From contig JAEOTM010000183.1 in the NCBI GenBank assembly GCA_016839815.1, forward strand, positions 1 to 53,952: DNA of 53,952 nt, given 5' to 3'. Positions 18,835 to 27,409 of the stretch are shown one piece after another (the stretch's first letter is position 1; every line of letters starts with the position of its first letter). A program made the position numbers and the translations under genes. Origin of the DNA: Candidatus Hodarchaeota archaeon. Lineage in GTDB: Archaea > Asgardarchaeota > Heimdallarchaeia > Hodarchaeales > Hodarchaeaceae. The notes beneath the pieces were generated by a model. That model ran no database searches. It saw nothing but the letters and a program-made list of their open reading frames with translations, and was not told where the DNA came from.

Positions 18835-19824
18835 ATGAGTTGGTTGGATAAAAGAAACTCCATAATAGGAATTAGCACAATAATCTTACTTATTATTATC
18901 GTTCCTTTTATAGCTCAGTGGATTCCATTATCTTTCGACCCTAATTCCCCAGATAATAATATTTCTATCATTTCTCCACCTCCCAAAGGAACAGAGATAA
19001 ATGGAACAATATTACCTCCGCCTCCCCAGAGTAACACTACTCCCACTTTGCAAGGACAAATAACCATTGATTCTATTGGAGATTTCATCTTTAATCCGAC
19101 AAATATTGTATCTGTAAGGCCAGATTTATTTAATCCGGGTTATTTCTCCCTTTTTGACATCCTTGTTTATCTAGACAGTCAGGAAGAGATCGAACTCGTA
19201 TATTCCTTCAATAGTAGTCTTGATACACATAGAATTCATTCAATCAACGGTATAACAAATTGGTGGTACAAAGCTTATTATTCTGGAGGATGGTGGGAAA
19301 AGAACTATTTTCGTATGGATTACTATCCCTATAAGGATAAGATGACGATAAATGTTCTTCAGGAACCAGCGGAATTTTTTGATACTCTCTATGGAGTATT
19401 CCGCGAAGAAGTCTTTCGTAAGGCTTCAAACAATGGATCAGTTGTTGTTCCCACTGTAATTTTGAGAGGTCCAGCAAATGTGGTTTTAACATTCCATAAT
19501 GTGACTGTAACAGCGAAAAACCTTCGTCATGATGTTTTTCGTCCAGGTGTGGTTACAGCTATTGATACTATTCTTTCTCTTGATGAACAAGGGGAGATAG
19601 AATCTGGAATTACTTGGTATGAAACAATTGGGACAGCAGAAATCGTAAAAACATACTACGTAGAAAAAATCAATGAGTGGGAGGCATATGGTACGTGTGG
19701 ATTTGTTTATGAAACAGGAGATACTGATCAGGATAATTGGAGAGGAAATCATATACACATTCCTTCCGATTCCCGTATAATTCTTTCCCCCGAGTATGTT
19801 TATTATTTTTGGATTTGTTTGTAA
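18835..19824 (+). CDS. Membrane-anchored extracellular protein with two internally duplicated domains (DUF4430/beta-grasp-like)
   Basis: N-terminal TM helix and Pro-rich linker. Two repeats: VRPDLFNPG..SLFDILVYLD..RIHSING and LRHDVFRPG..TAIDTILSLD..YVEKINE. Confidence 0.55.
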   Translation: MSWLDKRNSIIGISTIILLIIIVPFIAQWIPLSFDPNSPDNNISIISPPPKGTEINGTILPPPPQSNTTPTLQGQITIDSIGDFIFNPTNIVSVRPDLFNPGYFSLFDILVYLDSQEEIELVYSFNSSLDTHRIHSINGITNWWYKAYYSGGWWEKNYFRMDYYPYKDKMTINVLQEPAEFFDTLYGVFREEVFRKASNNGSVVVPTVILRGPANVVLTFHNVTVTAKNLRHDVFRPGVVTAIDTILSLDEQGEIESGITWYETIGTAEIVKTYYVEKINEWEAYGTCGFVYETGDTDQDNWRGNHIHIPSDSRIILSPEYVYYFWICL

Positions 19825-19977
19825 ATCTGGGAACTTACTCGTTCGGATTGGTTGGAATAGACCACTCTAAACTTTTCTTTTCCTTCTTTCAGTTATGATT
19901 AGGACTCAAGTTGTCAGTCAAAATTGAGTCATAAACATTTATGTAATCTCGCTATGAATCGACAAAATGGTGTAAAA

Positions 19978-20493
19978 ATGCTCGATCAATTTGAAGATCA
20001 GAGGTCACGTAATATTATTACGATATTAATTGCTGGAGGTGGCCTTCTTGGATTTCTTGGACTTACATTACCTTATGAATCCATCCATTATCCTAGTTCT
20101 ACTATCCCATTGGTATTCGATGGATTTAGTCTCTCGTATATAGAGTCCATTCCACAAGCAATTGGTAACTTGATTGCTGTTACAACAGCTGTTTCTCTTT
20201 ATTCTTATAGTAAGAATATTTCTACCGACGAAGAAAAAGCTCAGAATCAGCTTGAAAAACACATATTTTTTGCAGTCAGTTCTAGTATCTGTACACTTCT
20301 TGGTCTAATATTCACAATTTACAACTTTATTGATGGAGTATTAACGAGTTCCTCAGAAGGTTCTGGAGAAACTCTCTACTTCGGAATTGGTTTCTATTTT
20401 TCCGTTATGGGTCTTATGGTAGTAATAAGCGGAATCTACTATCTTGTTAAATTACGAAAAAAACTCTTCTTACCTGAAAAAAAAAATTGTTAG
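19978..20493 (+). CDS. Hypothetical 4-TM membrane protein
   Basis: Four hydrophobic segments. The track starts at TTG 19924; ATG 19978 is more plausible. Confidence 0.65.
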   Translation: MLDQFEDQRSRNIITILIAGGGLLGFLGLTLPYESIHYPSSTIPLVFDGFSLSYIESIPQAIGNLIAVTTAVSLYSYSKNISTDEEKAQNQLEKHIFFAVSSSICTLLGLIFTIYNFIDGVLTSSSEGSGETLYFGIGFYFSVMGLMVVISGIYYLVKLRKKLFLPEKKNC

Positions 20494-20593
20494 CACAGAT
20501 AAATCATTTGATATTCGTGTTAAGCGCACAGATAACATATGAAAAGCTGCATTCATGATAAATATATTAAAGCAAAACGGGTCAATCATTAAA

Positions 20594-20621
20594 AAACCTA
20601 GTAACATTCTGTACTAGGTTT
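20594..20621. promoter_or_regulatory. Perfect 10-bp inverted repeat upstream of the dpp operon
   Basis: AAACCTAGTA-N8-TACTAGGTTT, just downstream of an AT-rich TATA-like stretch near 20560-20572. Confidence 0.45.
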
Positions 20622-20718
20622 ATTGGGTTATTAATTTCCAAATCATGCACTAGCTCTTCAATTCCCGCTCAAAATTGTAATGAAAGTAAGAGCTATAGTT
20701 TGTAATGTGGTTGAATAG

Positions 20719-21795
20719 ATGAAGCTAAGAGAATATATTTTAAAAAGATTGATTCTGTTAATCCCGGTTCTCTTTGGGGTTAGTATTGTTACATTCATTT
20801 TGAGTGATAGTGTGGGCGATCCTGTCGCTGCTTATATCGGTGCAACTGAAGCTGATAAAATTACTCAGGCACAAATTGAGACATTAAGAGCGCGATTAGG
20901 ACTAGATAGACCAATTCTAGAGCGTTTTTGGGTTTATGTAACTCGACTTCTGCAAGGTGATTGGGGACGTTCGCCAACATTACAGAATCGACCTGTACTT
21001 GAGATAATTGCTGATAGATTACCTGCCTCTGCAGAATTAGCTGTTTATTCTATGATCTTAGCAATAGCATTCGGGATACCCTTAGGAATAATATCTGCCG
21101 TAAAAAAGGATCAAATGGCAGATCAGGTATCACGACTTACTGCACTAAGCGGAGTATCAATGCCTATTTTTTGGCTTGGATTGATGGTCCAAATCATCCT
21201 ATTCAATTTTAACACTTTCATGAATGATGCCGATCTTCCCTTCAATATTCCGTATCATGAACGATTAACATTAAACAAATATTCAATGCCTCAAGACATA
21301 TTATTTGGGAATTTTGGACCCACTGGGTTTTTATTAATAGACTCGTTACTCTCCTTCGATATACCACTATTTTTTGACGCTTTTCTACACATTTTTGCGC
21401 CTTCATTCTGCTTATCATGGGTGCAAATGGCTATAATTACAAGAATGACAAGAATGGCAATGCTTGAAACAATGAAGAAAGATTTTATCCTTTTGGCCCG
21501 ATCCAAAGGATTAACCGAGCGTGTAATTATTTATCGACACGCACTACGAAATGCAATAATCCCTACATTAACGGTAGCAGGATTGGCTCTTGCTGGATTA
21601 ATGACTGGCGCAGTACTTACTGAAACAGTCTTTGATTGGCCAGGTTTAGGCTGGTGGGCAGTTGCATCGGTCGCACGCCTAGACACAGCTGCTATTCAGG
21701 GTTTTGTGATCATTACTGCTTTGATTTATGTATTAAGTAATTTGGCAGTTGATATTCTCTATGCAGTTGTTGATCCACGAATTAGATTTGATTAA
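20719..21795 (+). CDS. dppB: Dipeptide/oligopeptide ABC permease B
   Basis: YILKRL, LGLDRP, LLQGDWGRS, SMPIFW, ARSKGL, HALRNA and ETVFDWPGLG. Confidence 0.95.
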   Translation: MKLREYILKRLILLIPVLFGVSIVTFILSDSVGDPVAAYIGATEADKITQAQIETLRARLGLDRPILERFWVYVTRLLQGDWGRSPTLQNRPVLEIIADRLPASAELAVYSMILAIAFGIPLGIISAVKKDQMADQVSRLTALSGVSMPIFWLGLMVQIILFNFNTFMNDADLPFNIPYHERLTLNKYSMPQDILFGNFGPTGFLLIDSLLSFDIPLFFDAFLHIFAPSFCLSWVQMAIITRMTRMAMLETMKKDFILLARSKGLTERVIIYRHALRNAIIPTLTVAGLALAGLMTGAVLTETVFDWPGLGWWAVASVARLDTAAIQGFVIITALIYVLSNLAVDILYAVVDPRIRFD

Positions 21796-21818
21796 TAGAG
21801 TGAAAGTAGGTTACACAC

Positions 21819-23738
21819 ATGACATCAGATACAGAATATTTAGGTGAAGAGATTGTCGAAGATGCTTTTTCGTTCAGGATATCACTAAAAGCACGCTGGA
21901 AAGAGATAAAATATGCCATTTCTCTTTTACGCAAAAGTCCGTTATTCATTGTCGGATTTTTTGTAATATTTACATTAGTAGCATTAGCCATCTTTGCTCC
22001 AGTAATTGCTGCTTATGAGCCACGAGAATTCGATCTCAATATCAAGAATGAACCCCCACTCACTAAAGATGAGCGAACGACTTTAAAATGGACAGGTTTC
22101 TCATCTATGAACAAGCTTTTTGATCTTGATCCCGAGATGAAAGCGCGCACCTGGGTTGCTGATTTTACAAATGATTCTAAATTAGACTTTCTCATTGGCA
22201 CAGCAGAACCTTCATTACTTTTCTATGAGAACACAGGGGTTGGAGGGGTCAATCAATCAATTGAAAATCTTGATTGGGACCTAAGGGAAAACTACTTCAA
22301 CGTGCCTCTTCCCGTAGGTATTACTAGAATTGTTCCCACCGCTGGCGACTTAGATGGAGATAATGACACTGATGTGATAATTGGGGGTAGTGATGGACAT
22401 CTTTATGTAAGTCTTAACAATGGAACCCCTGTAGCACCTGTGTGGACTGAGTTCTCTATCCTGCGTAATTCAAACGGCCAAATATTCAATTTCACAGGTC
22501 AAGCCAATCCAACACTCATCGATTTTGATTCTGGAACGGAAAAAACATATGATAACGGATCGAATTTATTGGATTTAGTCGTTGGTTCCGATATTGATCC
22601 AGAAACAGGTAGATATCAGATCTATACTTATATGAATAAAGGGAATAAAACTCATTATTCGTTTGGAGTGCTTCGGAGTGGCTTCGTTGGTGGACAACCA
22701 GTCCCTTATGGTCCCAAAAATGTCACCGGAAAATTGCTTGAGATAAATCCAACGGCTGCTACCTCTGGGTCTTTGAGAATCTATTTTGCGATTATTAACA
22801 ATGATAAACGTCCAGATTTGATTTTAATGTTTGATTCAGGGAAATACGAATATTATACTGCTTCAAGTCTCGTAAGAGATCCACAATTCCTTCCATTAGA
22901 TAAATCAAAGGCTTCTGTTTTATTTGAATTTCCTGCACTCGATGAAGAACCATTTTTAGACTTTCGATGGACGGATTTTACGGGAGATAATGCCAGTGAT
23001 GTAATAATTTTCGCTAATAATGGTTCCGTTATCTATAATTTCCAATTCTACGAAGTCGATGGAAGATTCCATTGGTTAGGAACAGATGAGCAAGGGGGAG
23101 ATATATGGAGCAGAATTGTCTGGGCTCTGCGTACAGACTTTTTTCTAGCAATTTGGGTGGTATCAGTTGCTTCAGTCATTGGAACAATTATAGGAGCCAT
23201 AGCGGGATATTTCGGAGGTTGGGTTGATAATTTAATGATGCGAATTACGGATATATTTTTCGCATTCCCAGGACTAATCCTCGCAATGTCCATTGCCGCT
23301 GCATTAGGTCCCAGCCTATTCAATCTTTCTATTGCTTTGATTATCGTGTGGTGGTCTGGTTATGCACGGATTGCGCGGGGTCAGGTTATAAGTGAAAAGA
23401 ATAGACTCTATGTTGAAGCAGCTAGATCTATCGGAATGGGTGACCTGCGGATTCTTTTCAGGCATATTATTCCTAACAGTATATATCCGCTGATTGTTGC
23501 TGCTACTCTTGATCTTGGTGGTGTTGTTCTAACAGCGGCAGGACTTAGCTTTATAGGATTTGGAGCTCAACCTGGAGATGCAGAACTGGGAGTTATGATT
23601 GCTTCTGGACGAGGATTTATCCTATCAGCACCATGGCTAGTATTCTTCCCAGGAATCTTCATATTCTTGATAGTACTTGCATTTAATCTTGTTGGAGACG
23701 GTGTTAGAGACGTTATGGACCCCAAATTGCGTCGGTAA
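21819..23738 (+). CDS. dppC: Dipeptide/oligopeptide ABC permease C with inserted FG-GAP/VCBS repeat domain
   Basis: HWLGTDEQGGDIWSR, AGYFGGWVD, YVEAARSIG and GDGVRDVMDPK. An insert of about 335 aa carries DxxxDxxxD repeats. Confidence 0.92.
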   Translation: MTSDTEYLGEEIVEDAFSFRISLKARWKEIKYAISLLRKSPLFIVGFFVIFTLVALAIFAPVIAAYEPREFDLNIKNEPPLTKDERTTLKWTGFSSMNKLFDLDPEMKARTWVADFTNDSKLDFLIGTAEPSLLFYENTGVGGVNQSIENLDWDLRENYFNVPLPVGITRIVPTAGDLDGDNDTDVIIGGSDGHLYVSLNNGTPVAPVWTEFSILRNSNGQIFNFTGQANPTLIDFDSGTEKTYDNGSNLLDLVVGSDIDPETGRYQIYTYMNKGNKTHYSFGVLRSGFVGGQPVPYGPKNVTGKLLEINPTAATSGSLRIYFAIINNDKRPDLILMFDSGKYEYYTASSLVRDPQFLPLDKSKASVLFEFPALDEEPFLDFRWTDFTGDNASDVIIFANNGSVIYNFQFYEVDGRFHWLGTDEQGGDIWSRIVWALRTDFFLAIWVVSVASVIGTIIGAIAGYFGGWVDNLMMRITDIFFAFPGLILAMSIAAALGPSLFNLSIALIIVWWSGYARIARGQVISEKNRLYVEAARSIGMGDLRILFRHIIPNSIYPLIVAATLDLGGVVLTAAGLSFIGFGAQPGDAELGVMIASGRGFILSAPWLVFFPGIFIFLIVLAFNLVGDGVRDVMDPKLRR

Positions 23739-23759
23739 TGCATCTAGGAGATCACAGAA

Positions 23760-24803
23760 ATGACAGAAACAATACCTTATACAGAGACTCAAGATATCAT
23801 TTTGGATATTAAAAATCTGAAAGTTAATTTCTACACCTATGAAGGCGTCGTTAAAGCTTTAGATGGAATAGATTTATCAATAATTAAGGGTGAAAGCTTC
23901 GGACTAGTCGGAGAAACTGGCTGTGGCAAATCTGTTACAGTTAGATCTGTAATGCGACTGATTGAATCCCCAGGTAAAATTGTTGATGGTGAGATTTTTT
24001 ACAAAGGTGCTGACATCTTACAATTAAAAGAAAAAGAAATTCGGAAATTACGGGGTGCAAAAATGACTATGATATTTCAAGATCCGATGACATTTCTAAA
24101 CCCTGTTATCCAGATTGGTGAGCAAGTTTCAGAAATGTTTCTTATCCATCAAAAAATTCAGAAAGAGATCCTAGATAATAAAAAAAAGTTATCTAGATAC
24201 TTGAAAGAGAAAGTAGTTGAAATATTTGAGTTGGTCAAACTCCCCGACGCCGCCGAATTATTTAAACGATATCCTCATGAGTTATCAGGAGGGATGAGGC
24301 AAAGAGTTCTAATAGCAATGTCCATCGCAGCAGATCCTGATATTATTATTGCTGATGAAGCCACCACCGCACTAGACGTAACTATTCAGGCACAAATCCT
24401 CAATTTGTTGAATAAATTAAAAAAGGATTTGGGTCGAACACTAATATTCGTCACCCATAATCTAGGCATAGTTGCTGAAATGTGTGACCGAGTTGCCGTC
24501 TTATATGGAGGTCAGGTTGCTGAAGTCGCCACAACCAAGGAAATCTTTACCGATCCTATTCATCCATACACTCAAGGATTATTGAAATCAATACCACTTC
24601 TCCACAAACCTAAAGAGATCTTGAATTCTATTGATGGAGTAGTTCCCAATCTGGTTAATCCTCCCTCAGGATGCAGATTCCATCCTCGATGCCCTCTAAA
24701 AGAGGATATTTGTGTCCAAGAACGACCAAAATTGGTTCAAGTGCTTCCTGGGCACTGGGTCCATTGCCATGTCCGAGGACGTGAACACACAAATAAAATG
24801 TGA
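23760..24803 (+). CDS. dppD: Dipeptide/oligopeptide ABC ATPase D
   Basis: GETGCGKS, YPHELSGGMRQR, IADEATTALD and GCRFHPRC. Confidence 0.95.
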   Translation: MTETIPYTETQDIILDIKNLKVNFYTYEGVVKALDGIDLSIIKGESFGLVGETGCGKSVTVRSVMRLIESPGKIVDGEIFYKGADILQLKEKEIRKLRGAKMTMIFQDPMTFLNPVIQIGEQVSEMFLIHQKIQKEILDNKKKLSRYLKEKVVEIFELVKLPDAAELFKRYPHELSGGMRQRVLIAMSIAADPDIIIADEATTALDVTIQAQILNLLNKLKKDLGRTLIFVTHNLGIVAEMCDRVAVLYGGQVAEVATTKEIFTDPIHPYTQGLLKSIPLLHKPKEILNSIDGVVPNLVNPPSGCRFHPRCPLKEDICVQERPKLVQVLPGHWVHCHVRGREHTNKM

Positions 24804-25843
24804 GAAAAATGAGTACAAGTGAGAATCAAACCCAAATAAGTGACTTAAATCCCGAGCATGAGACGGATGAGACGGACTTCATATTAAGTGCGAGGAATTT
24901 AGTGAAATATTTCCCAATAACCAGTGGAATCATGTCTCGGGTCGTCGGTCATGTTCATGCAGTAGATGATGTTTCCTTTGATGTTCCCAGAGGGAAAACC
25001 ATTGGAGTCGTAGGTGAATCTGGATGTGGAAAAACAACACTTGGAAGAACAATTTTACGATTAAGTCAACCCACCTCTGGTGATGTTTTTTTTGAAGGAG
25101 ATAACATTGCTAAAATGAGTCTTAGGAAATATCGAAAATATCGTAGACAGATGCAAATCGTATTTCAAGACCCCTATGCAAGTCTTAATCCCAGAATGAT
25201 GGTTAAAAACATTTTAAGGGAACCTTTGCTCGTTCACAAGACCCTGCGTAAAAGACAGATTAATAATTACATTCTCAGAGTAATGAGAGAAGTGGGATTA
25301 GATCTTGAACATTTAAACCGATTCCCACATGAGTTCAGCGGTGGCCAGAGACAGCGGATTTGTATCGCTCGTGCATTAGTCCTGAATCCTCATTTTGTGG
25401 TATTGGATGAACCAACAGCTTCAGTTGATGTGTCGGTACAAGCTCGTGTCTTAAATTTGCTGAAACGTCTTCAGAAAATACGTAATTTGACGTATATGTT
25501 TATCTCTCATGATCTGTCAGTTGTTACTCATATGAGTGATATTGTTATGGTAATGTATCTTGGAAAGATCTTGGAAATTGGACCAAAACGAATTTTCACC
25601 TTGAAAGGATCTGAAGTTCACCCTTATACCTTAGCTCTTGGATCTGCATTACCGATTCCTGATCCTCTATACGAGAAAAAGCAGATCATTCTTCGTGGAG
25701 ATGTCCCTAATCCTGCGAATCCACCCCCAGGATGTCGTTTTCACACAAGATGTCCTGAAGCCAGGCAGATATGCACAGAAAAAGTACCTGAATTGGAAAA
25801 GACTGGATCGTTCCATTACATAGCCTGTCATTTCCGAGAATAA
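24800..25843 (+). CDS. dppF: Dipeptide/oligopeptide ABC ATPase F
   Basis: GESGCGKT, FQDPYASLNPR, FPHEFSGGQRQR and GCRFHTRC. The start may be ATG 24809. Confidence 0.95.
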   Translation: MRKMSTSENQTQISDLNPEHETDETDFILSARNLVKYFPITSGIMSRVVGHVHAVDDVSFDVPRGKTIGVVGESGCGKTTLGRTILRLSQPTSGDVFFEGDNIAKMSLRKYRKYRRQMQIVFQDPYASLNPRMMVKNILREPLLVHKTLRKRQINNYILRVMREVGLDLEHLNRFPHEFSGGQRQRICIARALVLNPHFVVLDEPTASVDVSVQARVLNLLKRLQKIRNLTYMFISHDLSVVTHMSDIVMVMYLGKILEIGPKRIFTLKGSEVHPYTLALGSALPIPDPLYEKKQIILRGDVPNPANPPPGCRFHTRCPEARQICTEKVPELEKTGSFHYIACHFRE

Positions 25844-25860
25844 TCAAAAGGGAAGAACAA

Positions 25861-26112
25861 ATGAGTACTGATAAAAAAGAGGAGCCTATTCTCCCAACAA
25901 ATGATCCTTTTCTTTCAGCTCCAATCCAATCCCAGTATCTAAGCCTCACATCGGAACATACAGAAAGTGATCTAGCAGGAACTCAACTCGACTTCAAAGA
26001 CTATATTGCACTGTTTATTGCCCTCATACAAACAGTTTTTCTTCCCTTACTTCTAATTATGGGGATTCTATTTCTTCTGTCTTTTATTTTCCATCAATTT
26101 CGAGCTACTTGA
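25861..26112 (+). CDS. Small membrane protein at the end of the dpp operon
   Basis: 83 aa with a C-terminal hydrophobic hairpin, 17 nt after dppF. Confidence 0.65.
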   Translation: MSTDKKEEPILPTNDPFLSAPIQSQYLSLTSEHTESDLAGTQLDFKDYIALFIALIQTVFLPLLLIMGILFLLSFIFHQFRAT

Positions 26113-26154
26113 AAGAAAGAATCCTCATTCTTCATATTTCACTTTATTTGTTAC

Positions 26155-27237
26155 TTAATTCCGAATTCTTGGATCTATCAATCCATACAAGATATCAACA
26201 GCTAGATTAACAAGAACATAAATGAGGGTTGAAAAGACCACAAAACCGTTGATCGTTGGCATATCAAGACTTTTAACTCCAGCCAGCATGAGACTTCCTA
26301 ATCCAGGCCAGTCATATACAATTTCAACGAATATGACCCCCGTTAATAAGTTGGCAAATACAATACTTACAATAGTCGTTACCTGTGCAGCAGCATTCTT
26401 GAGGGCATGACGATAGATTATTATTTTTTCTGGTAACCCCTTTGCTCTTGCCAAGAGAATATAATCCTCTTTTAAAACTTCCACCATGGCATTTCTTGTC
26501 ATTCTAGAGATTATCAGAATTTGAGAAAAAGCGATAATAAGTGCTGGTGTAATTAAATGAAAAAATGCGTCAATAAATAAGAGGAGATCAGGTGCAAGGA
26601 GACTATCTATCATAAGGAATCCTGTTGTAGGTAATAAACCGAAAAGAATACGATTAGGGTACGTTAATTCCCAGATATTGTATCTGAAATGGTATGGGGC
26701 CCAATTCATTATAAAGGAGTCTTTAGATGTTAGTGCTATCGTAAAAAATACCTGAATTATCAGGTATTGTACAATTATAGCAAGTAGAAATGAGGGGATG
26801 GACATCCCAGTTATTGATACTCCTTTCAATAAAATGTTTACTTTTGGTCGCTTCTCTGTTGCTGTGTATACTCCTGCTGGGACACCTATTATTACCGTAA
26901 TGATCATTGCAGTCAAACCTAATTCTATGGTTGCAGGAAAAGCATTTTGAAGATGTTTGAGAACTGGAACTTCTCTTCCCCCTATATAGCTATTTCCCCA
27001 GTCTCCTTTTAACAGGTTAAGTATGTAATCTAGAAATCTAACTGGCCAAGGTCTATTTAATCCATATCTTTCCCTCAATTCGGCTTCGAGTTCTTCTGTT
27101 AATACCGTATTCGGAGTGACATAGGCTGCAAGAGGATCTCCCGCAATATCGCTTAGGAACCATGTAATAAAACTAATTCCGAATAACATCGGTAGAAGAA
27201 AAATAATGCGTTTTATTAGGTAGCTTCTGTACCTCAT
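26155..27237 (-). CDS. dppB: Second dipeptide/oligopeptide ABC permease B
   Basis: YLIKRI, YGLNRP, LLKGDWGNS, ARAKGL, HALKNA and DPRIR. Confidence 0.93.
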   Translation of the reverse strand: MRYRSYLIKRIIFLLPMLFGISFITWFLSDIAGDPLAAYVTPNTVLTEELEAELRERYGLNRPWPVRFLDYILNLLKGDWGNSYIGGREVPVLKHLQNAFPATIELGLTAMIITVIIGVPAGVYTATEKRPKVNILLKGVSITGMSIPSFLLAIIVQYLIIQVFFTIALTSKDSFIMNWAPYHFRYNIWELTYPNRILFGLLPTTGFLMIDSLLAPDLLLFIDAFFHLITPALIIAFSQILIISRMTRNAMVEVLKEDYILLARAKGLPEKIIIYRHALKNAAAQVTTIVSIVFANLLTGVIFVEIVYDWPGLGSLMLAGVKSLDMPTINGFVVFSTLIYVLVNLAVDILYGLIDPRIRN

Positions 27238-27409
27238 TACTGATTGGGTAGGTTACTTCCTTTAAATCTTTTTTCGTATAGACAGAATAAACCTCTTTGG
27301 ATTTATAGGATTAAAAATTAAAAATTCACCAAAAAGAAAAATTAAGATAGATGGTTTATACAAAATTGATCTTAAATTAAAGAGAAAAAAAGAAAAAGAG
27401 GTAGAAGAC

